Shown one piece after another: positions 36,198-45,335 of a DNA stretch of 64,000 nucleotides; within the stretch, counting starts at the first letter, position 1, and each line of letters begins with the position of its first letter. The position numbers and the translations under genes are program-made. Source of the stretch: Candidatus Magasanikiibacteriota bacterium (GTDB lineage Bacteria > Patescibacteriota > Patescibacteriia > Magasanikbacterales > UBA922). The notes beneath the pieces are model-generated. The model ran no database searches, was not told the origin of the DNA, and was given only the letters and a program-made list of their open reading frames with translations. The DNA lies in NCBI GenBank assembly GCA_052034405.1, contig JBPOIO010000023.1, positions 15,340 through 79,339 of the forward strand, written 5' to 3'.

Positions 36198-36334
36198 TTA
36201 AACGAACGAGCACCAAATAAGGAGTTTATTATATTTTTAAAATTTATATGTGGACGAATGGAACGACCCACAAATCTACCACAATTCCTCTCCCTTGTCA
36301 ATCCCCACATTCTCTGCTATACTTGAAGAAAAAT

Positions 36335-37465
36335 ATGCCTATTTCAGCAGAATCTATCTCTCTTCTTCGAGAAGCCATTTTATTTGGTCTTGTTTCTTGT
36401 TTTTCAGCATTTCTATGGGCACCAGCACTCACCAAGATCCTCTACAAATACAAAATCGTCCGCAACAACCCCTACGACCCAACCCTCGCTATGGAAGGAC
36501 GCAAAGACAAATCTGGCATCCCTATTATGGGAGGCCTTTTGATTATCATCACCGTTGCAGTCATTACTATGCTCTTCAACTGGGAGCGCAAATTTACTTG
36601 GGTACCAATCTCGGTCATGCTCCTCGCGGCACTGCTCGGTGGCGTTGACGACGTACTCAATATCTATGGTGAAAAACGCCGCAATCGTGACCTCAAACAT
36701 ACCCTGCGTCTCATCCGCATTCACAAAAATATTTTTACCCGCATCTGGCTGACTCTCACACTGCCATGGGCCCTGTTCAAACGCACTTCCCTTTGGCTGG
36801 GTTCACATCCTGGCAAAGGTATGCAGGTTCATGAACGACTACTCCTCCAATTTGTCGCAGGCGCTATCACAGCATGGTGGGTCTACTTCAAGCTTGGTGA
36901 ACACTGGAGAGAAATTCATATTCCATTTGATGGCTTTCTCAATATTGGCTGGTGGATTATTCCGCTCATCATTTTCTTTGTCATGTTTACCGCCAATGCA
37001 GTGAACATCGCAGATGGTATGGATGGTCTTGCAGGAGGATCTCTGATCACCACTTTTTCTGCTCTCACAATTCTTTCTTGGATTGCAGGGTACCACGAGA
37101 TTACACTGCTCAATGCTACGGTTGTTGGGGCACTTATTACCTATACCTATTTCAATATCAAACCAGCGCGTTTTCAAATGGGCGACGTTGGCTCACTTGG
37201 CATGGGCGCACTGCTTGCGATCAATGCTATTGTGATAAATCACATGCTCCTCTTGCCGCTTCTTGGTTTTATTTTTTATGTAGAAATTTTGAGCGTGATA
37301 GTCCAAATCTTTGGCCGCACTTTTCTCGGGAAGCGTATTTTCAAAATGGCGCCACTCCACCACCACTTTGAACTCATGGGTTGGGGCGAAGAAAAAACTG
37401 TCATGCGTTTTTGGATTATTCATGCAGCGTTTGTACTGCTTGGTATTTGGGTTGCCTTGTACTAA
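36335..37465 (+). CDS. mraY: Phospho-N-acetylmuramoyl-pentapeptide transferase
   Basis: NAVNIADGMDGLAGG, MGDVGSLGMGALLA, KMAPLHHHFE. ATG at 36335 (ORF track start 36248 lies in the GC island). Confidence 0.9.
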   Translation: MPISAESISLLREAILFGLVSCFSAFLWAPALTKILYKYKIVRNNPYDPTLAMEGRKDKSGIPIMGGLLIIITVAVITMLFNWERKFTWVPISVMLLAALLGGVDDVLNIYGEKRRNRDLKHTLRLIRIHKNIFTRIWLTLTLPWALFKRTSLWLGSHPGKGMQVHERLLLQFVAGAITAWWVYFKLGEHWREIHIPFDGFLNIGWWIIPLIIFFVMFTANAVNIADGMDGLAGGSLITTFSALTILSWIAGYHEITLLNATVVGALITYTYFNIKPARFQMGDVGSLGMGALLAINAIVINHMLLLPLLGFIFYVEILSVIVQIFGRTFLGKRIFKMAPLHHHFELMGWGEEKTVMRFWIIHAAFVLLGIWVALY

Positions 37466-37476
37466 ACAAAAATAGT

Positions 37477-38178
37477 ATGAAAGAATATCTGAAATGGGAT
37501 GAACAAATAATTACAGACTTCTCAGACGAAAACATCAATAACCTTTATGACAAAGGTTATGTTTTTACTCGAAAAGAAAAAGGCCTGATGCATCAAACCC
37601 GCAGTGTCCGAATAAATCTCTCCAAATTTGACCTCAGTAGCGAAAATCGCCGCATTTTGCGAAAAACCGAAAATATTCAAATGGGCATCATCCCACTTCC
37701 CTTTCCAGATTATCATTGGAGTATTGGTAAACTTGCCAAAGATTTTTATGATACAAAATTTGGTGACGGGACATTTAGTGCAAACAAAGTCAAAGAATTG
37801 TTGACTGACAGAAATAAAAGCAACTTTACTTCGCTTTTTGTTTATTTTTCTGTAGCAATTCCAAAAGACCCAACAGCACCTATTGCAGTTGATCCTGAAA
37901 ATATTTTTGGATATTGCATTGCCATTGAAACAAACAAGATTCTCCATTATTCTTATCCTTTTTATGATCTTGAAACCGCTCCAAAAGACATGGGAATGGG
38001 TATGATGACCCGTGCCATTCAATCTGCCAAAGCAAGTGACAAAAAATATATCTACCTTGGTAGTGCACAGCGCCCAAACGATACCTACAAATTTCAATTT
38101 GAAGGTATTGAGTGGTTTGATGGTGAAAAGTGGCAGACTGATTTTGAAGAGTTGAAAAGTATTTTACAAAAAATATGA
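37477..38178 (+). CDS. Aminoacyl-tRNA--protein transferase family protein (ATE1/Bpt-like, GNAT fold)
   Basis: C-terminal YIYLGSAQRPNDTYKFQFEGIEW resembles the ATE_C/Bpt motif YLGYWI...KM.YK..F.P.E. N-terminal region is ATE_N-like. Start at internal ATG 37477. Confidence 0.5.
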   Translation: MKEYLKWDEQIITDFSDENINNLYDKGYVFTRKEKGLMHQTRSVRINLSKFDLSSENRRILRKTENIQMGIIPLPFPDYHWSIGKLAKDFYDTKFGDGTFSANKVKELLTDRNKSNFTSLFVYFSVAIPKDPTAPIAVDPENIFGYCIAIETNKILHYSYPFYDLETAPKDMGMGMMTRAIQSAKASDKKYIYLGSAQRPNDTYKFQFEGIEWFDGEKWQTDFEELKSILQKI

Positions 38179-38618
38179 AGGAAAAAGAATACCTTACAAA
38201 AGAAATAATAATCCAAAATATTTTGGCAAAATCTTCGTATTTTCCCCAAAATAAAGAAAAAAAAGAAAATTATCCTGAAAAAGGTTACATTTTATTTGAG
38301 TATGGCACAAAAGTATTAGAATTAGGTTATGAATTCGACTCAAATGGTATTGTCGCTGTCACTTTTATAAAATCCAAAAATGATGAAAATGAACATAAAC
38401 CAGAAGAAACAACCCTTCTATATGAGGCAGCAAAACAGACTATGCAAAAACTATCAAACAATTTTAAAAGACTCCTTCATTATCAAATGATAACCGCTGA
38501 CAAAAAAATGCTTGCGTGGGCACAAACGACAGGGAGAAACTTATTTCATTGGGAAAGTGAAGAACACACAGAAACGGAAGCCCAAAGGTTTTCTGTTACC
38601 ATTTATCCAAATTTATAA
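38175..38618 (+). CDS. Hypothetical protein, tandem paralog A
   Basis: 147 aa. Shares clear similarity with the next ORF (LYEAAKQTMQKL...WAQTTGRNLFHWESEE vs LYKAAKILLQRV...WAQSQGNEIFDWDSME). Confidence 0.5.
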   Translation: MKEKEYLTKEIIIQNILAKSSYFPQNKEKKENYPEKGYILFEYGTKVLELGYEFDSNGIVAVTFIKSKNDENEHKPEETTLLYEAAKQTMQKLSNNFKRLLHYQMITADKKMLAWAQTTGRNLFHWESEEHTETEAQRFSVTIYPNL

Positions 38619-38659
38619 AATACTTTTTTCTTTTCCAAACATAAACAAAATTTACCTTT

Positions 38660-39079
38660 ATGAATTCAGAAAACGAAAGATACACCTCCATTTCTCAAAA
38701 TATTCTTGCAGAGGTAAAAGAAAAAAAACAACACAATACAGAATACATCCTTAAATTTGGGGGAAGACGTCTTACTCTTTTGATCATAGAAAGTCAAAAA
38801 GAGATTATGGACTATCTTGAAAATACCAGCGATACTCCAGAAATAGGCTCTACTACAGAACTCTACAAGGCAGCAAAAATTTTACTCCAAAGAGTCGTCA
38901 ACACAAGACGAGAAAGCCTCAAATATGTTATGAGAACCAAAAGTTCTTCAATCCGTGAGTGGGCCCAAAGTCAAGGAAATGAAATTTTTGACTGGGATAG
39001 TATGGAAATAGACGAGCGTCGAGGTGCTGACTCTCTTTTTTACAAAACATTTAGCCCTGAAAATAACGACACTGTATGA
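38660..39079 (+). CDS. Hypothetical protein, tandem paralog B
   Basis: 139 aa. Paralog of 38175..38618. Confidence 0.5.
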   Translation: MNSENERYTSISQNILAEVKEKKQHNTEYILKFGGRRLTLLIIESQKEIMDYLENTSDTPEIGSTTELYKAAKILLQRVVNTRRESLKYVMRTKSSSIREWAQSQGNEIFDWDSMEIDERRGADSLFYKTFSPENNDTV

Positions 39080-40464
39080 AACACATTCACTTCATCGGCA
39101 TTTGCGGAGTCGCCATGAGCGCACTTGCCATTGCTTTCAGCAAAAAAGGCTATACCGTCACTGGAAGTGATGCGGGTTTTTATCCTCCGGTTTCCACCAA
39201 TCTTCTCGCACACAAAATTCCTTTTTATCCTGGCTGGCATGTAGACAAAATGACCAAAAACGGTGTCCCAGATCTTGTCATAGTTGGAAATGTTGCTAGT
39301 TCAAGCAACCCAGAATGGCTCTATGTTCAAGAACAAAAAATCCCCTACCTCTCATATCCAGAAGCAATCGCCGAATATTTTCTTGGAAAAAATTCTATTG
39401 TCTGCGCTGGAACCTATGGCAAAACTACCAGTTCAACTTTGCTTGCTTGGATCCTGCGCAATGCCAAGTTTGACCCAAGCTATATGTTTGGTGGCGTGCC
39501 TGTCAACGAATTTGATTCTGCGTCAATATCTGATGCCCGTGAATATAGCGTGCTTGAAGGAGACGAATACAAAACTTCAGGCTGGGACAATCGTCCAAAA
39601 TTTGCACTCTATGCGCCAACACATTTGCTTCTCACCAGTGTGAGCTGGGATCATGCGGATGTGTATCCAACAGAGCAAAGTTATTTTGATGCATTCAAAA
39701 CACTGGTTGCGACTATCCCAAAAACAGGCCTGCTTGTTGCATGTACCGAAGGAAAAAACATAGATCTTGTTTTGCCTTCTTGCAAATCACAAATTGTTTT
39801 TTATGGCAAAGCCAAACATGCAGACTACATGTATCGCGACGTACAACAAACCGAAAAAGGCCTCTACTTTGATATCCTCAACAAAAAAGAAGTCTACCAT
39901 ATAAAAACTTCAATTCTTGGTGAATACAATGTTGAAAATATGGTTGGATGTTTTGCCATGGCCCGTGAAATTGGCATTGATGCAAAAACAATTCTCGAGA
40001 GTTTTGCATCTTTTCGTGGTATCAAACGCCGTCTTGAAAAACGCCTCACTGGACCAATCACGGTGATCGACGATATTGCACATTCCCCTGCCAAAGCGGC
40101 GTCACTTCTCGAAACTCTTCGCAAAACATACAAAGGAAAAATCATTGCTGTTTTTGAACCAAATACTGGGAACCGTCAACAAGAAGCAATTCCACAATAC
40201 GATCAGGCTTTCAAATACGCCGATACCGTCGTTATTCCACGCCTCACCAAGCTCAAAATCGATCCAAATGATACAGAAAGCCCCCTTGAAGGACAGGATT
40301 TACGAGATGTGATTCATACAACACATAAAGATGTTGAATATATTGAACAAGACGAAACCCTCGTCAAATATCTTATCCAAAATAGCAAAAAAGGCGATGT
40401 TATTGCCTTTCTTGGTTCACATGGATTTCGTGGTATGATTGAAGAAACTATAAAACAACTTTAA
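39076..40464 (+). CDS. MurC/Mpl-family UDP-N-acetylmuramate--amino acid/peptide ligase
   Basis: HFIGICGVAMSALA N-terminus. GTYGKTTSSTLLAWIL P-loop. EGDEYKTSGWDNRPKF...WDHADVY resembles the Mpl/MurC EADEYD...FDHADIF block. Confidence 0.8.
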   Translation: MKHIHFIGICGVAMSALAIAFSKKGYTVTGSDAGFYPPVSTNLLAHKIPFYPGWHVDKMTKNGVPDLVIVGNVASSSNPEWLYVQEQKIPYLSYPEAIAEYFLGKNSIVCAGTYGKTTSSTLLAWILRNAKFDPSYMFGGVPVNEFDSASISDAREYSVLEGDEYKTSGWDNRPKFALYAPTHLLLTSVSWDHADVYPTEQSYFDAFKTLVATIPKTGLLVACTEGKNIDLVLPSCKSQIVFYGKAKHADYMYRDVQQTEKGLYFDILNKKEVYHIKTSILGEYNVENMVGCFAMAREIGIDAKTILESFASFRGIKRRLEKRLTGPITVIDDIAHSPAKAASLLETLRKTYKGKIIAVFEPNTGNRQQEAIPQYDQAFKYADTVVIPRLTKLKIDPNDTESPLEGQDLRDVIHTTHKDVEYIEQDETLVKYLIQNSKKGDVIAFLGSHGFRGMIEETIKQL

Positions 40465-40468
40465 CTCT

Positions 40469-41107
40469 ATGCTTAATATTCCACCAGGTCTTGCCCTTGA
40501 TATTGATGATACACTTTGTCACACACTTATACATCTTTTAGATCAGCTTCAAAAAAACTTTGGCAGTCCAGAAAATCTCACAGCAGCAGAACTTGTAAAC
40601 AAATATTCACATACTTCAAAAATCCCTTACTGGAATGAACCAGAACATCACACATGGAAACTCGCACTCCTTGAAACAGATGAACTCTACGAAAATTTAG
40701 ATATTATTGAAAATGCAAATTATATCATACAAAAAATTGAAGCAGTAATACCAATATCTTGTTATATTACTGCACGACCAGAAGGTACAACAGCAGTAAG
40801 TAAACGCTGGCTCAAAAAATATAACTTTCCTGAACGAGAAGTCATTAGTAAACCAAACTCAGTAGCATACGAAGACGGCAACAAATGGAAAGCCCAACTC
40901 CTCACACAATACCATCCTCAATTGCTCGGGATTGTAGACGATAATCCTGGAATAATTTCAGCGCTTCCCGAAAATTACAAAGGGACTGTATTTTTGTACA
41001 GTCACCTTGAATACACAGGTCCAACACCAATCAACGTCATCCCCTGCAAAGATTGGGATACTGTCTACAACAAAATTATTTCCCTTCGTCCACAATCTCA
41101 GCCATAA
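40469..41107 (+). CDS. HAD-superfamily hydrolase (5'(3')-nucleotidase-like)
   Basis: LALDIDDTL (DxDxT motif I). About 212 aa. Confidence 0.6.
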   Translation: MLNIPPGLALDIDDTLCHTLIHLLDQLQKNFGSPENLTAAELVNKYSHTSKIPYWNEPEHHTWKLALLETDELYENLDIIENANYIIQKIEAVIPISCYITARPEGTTAVSKRWLKKYNFPEREVISKPNSVAYEDGNKWKAQLLTQYHPQLLGIVDDNPGIISALPENYKGTVFLYSHLEYTGPTPINVIPCKDWDTVYNKIISLRPQSQP

Positions 41108-41243
41108 CCTCATCTCCATCAATTTTTTCGATAATAAGAGAAATTCCACACATTCCACATTCAACGATCTGACCAACCGTAAGTTCTGCGTAAGAACTCA
41201 AATCAACTGGATTTTTGCATTCAGGACAAATAAGATGCATACT
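41086..41243 (-). CDS. Small zinc-ribbon protein, LysW-like architecture (52 aa, MHLICPECKNPVDLSSYAELTVGQIVECGMCGISLIIEKIDGDEVMAEIVDEGK)
   Basis: Read directly (under 60 aa). CPEC...CGMCG four-Cys ribbon and acidic C-terminus as in LysW/ArgW carrier proteins. Overlaps the 3' end of the HAD gene by about 20 nt. Confidence 0.4.
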
Positions 41244-41261
41244 TGATTTTTAAAAGTAATA

Positions 41262-41287
41262 ACAGTATTATATCAAGATATTACTGT
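41262..41287. promoter_or_regulatory. Palindromic candidate operator in divergent promoter region
   Basis: ACAGTATTAT (41262-41271), 6-nt spacer, ATATTACTGT (41278-41287). 9/10 inverted repeat between the zinc-ribbon gene and the PLP enzyme gene. Confidence 0.35.
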
Positions 41288-41298
41288 ATTTTCAAGCT

Positions 41299-42180
41299 AT
41301 GAAAACACCACAAAAACCCTACGGAGAATTGGCAAAAAAAATGGGCCTCACTGAGCTCTGGTTCAAACGTGAAGACCTGCACCCATATGGCTCCCACAAA
41401 GGTCGATCGATTCCACAGATGATCAAAGAATACGCCAAACTTGGAAGCACGCAATTTGTGATTTCTTCTTCTGGAAACGCAGCGCTCGCGGCTATTATTG
41501 CTGTCCAAAAACACAATCAAAATAACCCAACACATGTGAATCTTACTGTGTACGTTGGACAACACATTGATGCAGAAAAATTGACCCGTCTCAAAAAAGA
41601 AATTACAGATACTTCTATTACAATCGAACAAGTTGAAAATCCAAAACAAATGGCTTTTCAAAAAGATAAAAGTGCAGAAGCCAAGAATCTTCGCCAATCC
41701 ACTGATGACCTCGCCCTTCGCGGATATGCCGAACTCGCAGACGACCTCTCCAAAATTCCAAATCTCGAGGCAGTTTTTATCCCTACTTCTTCTGGTACCA
41801 CTGCCCAAGCACTTGGCGAGGCATTCCAAAAAATGAATCTTCCTATTCAAATACACATTGTGCAAACTACAACAACCCACCCAATCGCAGAAGCATTCGA
41901 TACAACATTTACTCACAGCGACGAAACATCTCTCGCTGGCGCGATCGTTGACAAGATTGCTCACAGAAAAGACAAAGTTGTGGAAGCAATAAAAAACACC
42001 CATGGTTCTGGGTGGGTTATAACAAATACTGAAATTGAAAACGCAATGAATTTGGTCAAAGAAAATACTGATTTTACACTTTCATCAAACAGCGCACTGT
42101 CTCTCGCAGGCCTTCTCAAAGCGCAAAAAAATGACTGGAAATGGACCGGTCCGGTCGCCTGCCTAATTACTGGTAGATAA
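41299..42180 (+). CDS. PLP-dependent enzyme, fold type II (Trp-synthase-beta/Thr-synthase/Cys-synthase superfamily)
   Basis: HPYGSHKGRS resembles the PALP lysine motif (PTGSFKDRG). Gly-rich IPTSSGTTAQALG loop. Confidence 0.65.
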   Translation: MKTPQKPYGELAKKMGLTELWFKREDLHPYGSHKGRSIPQMIKEYAKLGSTQFVISSSGNAALAAIIAVQKHNQNNPTHVNLTVYVGQHIDAEKLTRLKKEITDTSITIEQVENPKQMAFQKDKSAEAKNLRQSTDDLALRGYAELADDLSKIPNLEAVFIPTSSGTTAQALGEAFQKMNLPIQIHIVQTTTTHPIAEAFDTTFTHSDETSLAGAIVDKIAHRKDKVVEAIKNTHGSGWVITNTEIENAMNLVKENTDFTLSSNSALSLAGLLKAQKNDWKWTGPVACLITGR

Positions 42181-42600
42181 TTTATTTCGCACCAACTCAA
42201 TAATTTCATTTTGCTCCTCGTAGGGCGTTGTCACTTCTTCGTCAAACAAGTCAAACCATTTTCCTCTGTGCACCTTGTCTGACGGGATTAAATGCATTTC
42301 CACCTGCACAGTCTCAAACAAAAAATAATGAATAACCTTATATTCAGAACGCAACATACTCATGCGTTCTTTTTTCCCAAGATATTCAACTAATTTCAAT
42401 TCAGCGATACCCACCTCTTCTTCAATTTCTCTTCGGGCAGCAGCTTCGAAGTCCTCGCCTTCTTCTACATGGCCCTTTGGCAAAAACCAAGCGCCATCCA
42501 TATATTTTTCTTGCTGCTCCATCGCAATCATATAGCGATCGCCTTCTTTACGAAGCACCACCCCGCCAGCAGAGACTCGTGTAGGAATTTCTTCTGTCAT
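42163..42600 (-). CDS. NUDIX hydrolase
   Basis: Nudix box GHVEEGEDFEAAARREIEEEVGI. Confidence 0.8.
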   Translation of the reverse strand: MTEEIPTRVSAGGVVLRKEGDRYMIAMEQQEKYMDGAWFLPKGHVEEGEDFEAAARREIEEEVGIAELKLVEYLGKKERMSMLRSEYKVIHYFLFETVQVEMHLIPSDKVHRGKWFDLFDEEVTTPYEEQNEIIELVRNKLSTSN

Positions 42601-42610
42601 AATAATATAT

Positions 42611-42844
42611 TTACTTTCTCTTCATATCACCAAGAACATCCCGCAGCGACACAATCGCCCAAACCCCATTCAAAACCAAAAATGGATAACTGCGCAGCAA
42701 CACAGCATATACTATCAAGAGTGCACTCCCAATCAAATTCAGTACATCATATTTCAAATCCGTATCTTTCCAGCGATGTGTTTGCTCCAAAATAAATGCG
42801 ATCAAAATAAGTGCAGCCCCACTTGCCCCAATAAAAGTCGTCAT
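42611..42844 (-). CDS. Small membrane protein (2 TM)
   Basis: 77-aa hydrophobic ORF filling the gap between NUDIX and methyltransferase genes. Confidence 0.4.
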   Translation of the reverse strand: MTTFIGASGAALILIAFILEQTHRWKDTDLKYDVLNLIGSALLIVYAVLLRSYPFLVLNGVWAIVSLRDVLGDMKRK

Positions 42845-43539
42845 AGATGTGCGATAGTAATAATATTTTCTCCATTCGCTTTATCCGAGCGATTTTCTTT
42901 TTTTGTATAATACTGTTCGTCCACTACAAATCCAGCACCTGTAAACAAAGAATCCAGCTCTTCCAGAGTAAATCCATGATAATAGCGCTCACCCAAAATA
43001 GAACCTTCTGCATCTCTCCATGGCACCAAAAAATCTCCATTTCCAAGGTCCTGATATTTTCCGAGTCGTACTTGCTTCAATCCCCATTCTCCAAACAAAT
43101 TCCAATTGGATAAAATTACTTTTCCATCAGGCTTCAAAACTCGTTTCATTTCTTCGAGGGCTTTATTTTGAAAATCCAGTCCAGGAATATGCTGCAGTGC
43201 AGCGATACAAAAAATCACATCCACACTTTTATCTTCCAAAGGAATGGCCGTCATAGTTCCTTGTATAAAAGTCCCCTCACGAAACTGTTTTCGGGCCAAA
43301 ACCAATAATTCTTCACTTTGGTCTACCCCAATATAGGATATTGGCAAATCCGTAAATATCTGGTATAATCGTCCATTACCACAGCCAAGGTCAAGTACCA
43401 CGTCATTTTCTTTGACAAAAGCATGAAAAGGCTTGAGCTCTTGCCACACATACTGACGAGTATCGGAAAAGTGTTTGGCTATGGTATTATATACCTGTAA
43501 ATTTTGTTCAATAAGTTGGCCCGCAACAAGTTTATCCAT
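42841..43539 (-). CDS. Class I SAM-dependent methyltransferase
   Basis: VLDLGCGNGR motif I. Start at 43539 or 43575 (ORF track). Confidence 0.7.
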   Translation of the reverse strand: MDKLVAGQLIEQNLQVYNTIAKHFSDTRQYVWQELKPFHAFVKENDVVLDLGCGNGRLYQIFTDLPISYIGVDQSEELLVLARKQFREGTFIQGTMTAIPLEDKSVDVIFCIAALQHIPGLDFQNKALEEMKRVLKPDGKVILSNWNLFGEWGLKQVRLGKYQDLGNGDFLVPWRDAEGSILGERYYHGFTLEELDSLFTGAGFVVDEQYYTKKENRSDKANGENIITIAHL

Positions 43540-45216
43540 ATGGATACAGTTCAGATAGAAGAAATGATGATACAAATTTTAGAAAAAAAGCCCTCTACAA
43601 AAGACGAGCTCAATTTTTGGCGGACAAAAATGGCAAGTGAATTCAAGACCAACCAGCCACCCACTCGCCTTCTTCTCGTAGCATATCAGAATTTACTCAA
43701 AAAGAAAAGAATCAAACGCCACAAAGATTTTGAAAAGCTCCTCACCAAAGCAGATATTCGCAGTAGCTCGGGAATTTCTGTTATTACGACACTTCTGAAA
43801 CCCTATACCTGCCCAGGAAAATGCATCTATTGTCCAACAGAAGTCCGTATGCCAAAAAGTTATTTGGCAAGCGAACCAGCAGCCGCACGATCTCTGGCCC
43901 TCAACTTCAACCCCTACAAGCTCATGCAATTGCGTATAGAGATGCTCGAGCGCAATGGCCATTCTACAGACAAAATTGAATATATCACCAAAGGTGGAAC
44001 CTGGAATGCCTATCCACTCAAATACCAATACTGGTTTATTTTGGAATCCTTCAAAGCCTGCAATAATTTTTCTCGCCGAAAACAAATTCCAGAAAGCGAA
44101 GAATCTGACTGGAATGATCGACCACTTGAAGAACTCCAAAAAGCACTCGACATTGAAATCAAATACAATGAAAAATGCGCGCATCGTATTATTGGACTTA
44201 CCCTCGAAACACGACCAGACGCCATCTCGCCAAAAACTATTTACCACATGCGCCGCCAAGGTTGCACCCGTGTAGAACTTGGTCTGCAAGCACCTGACGA
44301 TAAAATTCTCGAACTCATCAAACGTGGTCATACAGTAGAGCAATTTCGCAAAGCGATTTATTTGCTTCGCCAGGCTGGATTCAAAGTCGACCTTCACTTT
44401 ATGCCAGATCTCCCAGGAACTACCCCAGAGCACGATGTAGAAATGTACAAACTGCTTTTTAGCGACCTAGGCCTTCGACCTGACATGGTCAAAATTTATC
44501 CAAATGCAGTCATCCCCTCTGCCGAACTCTACCAATGGTTTCTTGATGGACGCTTCAAACCATATGGCGAAGAAGCACTCTTCAAATCCCTTCTCGAAAT
44601 GAAACTTGCGACTCCTCGCTACTGCCGCATATCACGCCTCATTCGCGACATTCCAGCAAACGAAATTGAAGGTGGAAACAAAATCACCAACCTGCGTGAA
44701 ATGCTCGAGACAGAACTCAAAAAACGCGGGCGACACTGCGTCTGTTTGCGTTGCCGTGAAATCTCTCGCCAAAAAGACAATATTCCTCTTGAAACAGAAC
44801 CCACACTTTTTGCGGATGAGTATGATACTATTGGTGGAAAAGAATATTTCATTACACTCGAAGACCCAAAACGCGTAGCCGTATTTGGATTTTTGCGTCT
44901 TCGTATCCCCGACCAAGCAAACAAAATTGATACGATTCAAAAACAGTTTGATAGCTATCTCCCAGAACTCAAAGACTGCGCATTTGTCCGCGAACTTCAC
45001 GTTTACGGAACATTGGTTGGAATCGGCAAACGAAATGTTGATGCCAGTCAGCATAAAGGATATGGAAAAAGACTTATGGCAGCAGCAGAAAAGATTGCCG
45101 CAGAAAATGGATACGGCAAAGTCGCTGTTATTTCTGGAGTTGGCGTGCGTGGATATTACCGCAAACTTGGCTACAAACTTCGAGGTACTTATATGATAAA
45201 AAACCTCTTTATATAG
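43540..45216 (+). CDS. elp3: Elp3-family radical-SAM plus GNAT protein (tRNA uridine-34 modification enzyme homolog)
   Basis: Radical SAM CPGKCIYC (Cx3Cx2C). Central Elp3-like region. C-terminal GNAT (GYGKRLMAAAEKIAAENGYGKVAVISGVGVRGYY). Start at 43540 or 43504. Confidence 0.8.
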   Translation: MDTVQIEEMMIQILEKKPSTKDELNFWRTKMASEFKTNQPPTRLLLVAYQNLLKKKRIKRHKDFEKLLTKADIRSSSGISVITTLLKPYTCPGKCIYCPTEVRMPKSYLASEPAAARSLALNFNPYKLMQLRIEMLERNGHSTDKIEYITKGGTWNAYPLKYQYWFILESFKACNNFSRRKQIPESEESDWNDRPLEELQKALDIEIKYNEKCAHRIIGLTLETRPDAISPKTIYHMRRQGCTRVELGLQAPDDKILELIKRGHTVEQFRKAIYLLRQAGFKVDLHFMPDLPGTTPEHDVEMYKLLFSDLGLRPDMVKIYPNAVIPSAELYQWFLDGRFKPYGEEALFKSLLEMKLATPRYCRISRLIRDIPANEIEGGNKITNLREMLETELKKRGRHCVCLRCREISRQKDNIPLETEPTLFADEYDTIGGKEYFITLEDPKRVAVFGFLRLRIPDQANKIDTIQKQFDSYLPELKDCAFVRELHVYGTLVGIGKRNVDASQHKGYGKRLMAAAEKIAAENGYGKVAVISGVGVRGYYRKLGYKLRGTYMIKNLFI

Positions 45217-45236
45217 CGAATTTGTAGCATTTTCTA

Positions 45237-45265
45237 TTGACAAAACGAGCAAAATCATGTATACT
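45237..45265 (+). promoter_or_regulatory. Consensus sigma70 promoter TTGACA-17-TATACT
   Basis: TTGACA 45237-45242, 17-nt spacer, TATACT 45260-45265. Drives the GC-rich unit downstream. Confidence 0.5.
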
Positions 45266-45335
45266 GCAAGGTCCTTGTTTGGATGTTCTTTGCAAGGGTG
45301 GCACTATTTTCTTTTTATAAAGTGAAAAAAAGAGA

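Noticed and set aside
35769-36326. 185-aa plus-strand ORF across the GC-rich island
   Set aside because: Antisense to 35778..36197 with shared triplet boundaries. Its third codon positions show no GC3 enrichment whereas the minus frame does, and it runs into the mraY upstream region. Judged a shadow ORF typical of high-GC DNA.
40958-41246. 72-aa minus ORF and 79-aa plus ORF at the HAD gene 3' end
   Set aside because: Frames differ from the zinc-ribbon ORF and the translations are not protein-like. The 52-aa four-Cys ORF in the third frame is the better candidate.
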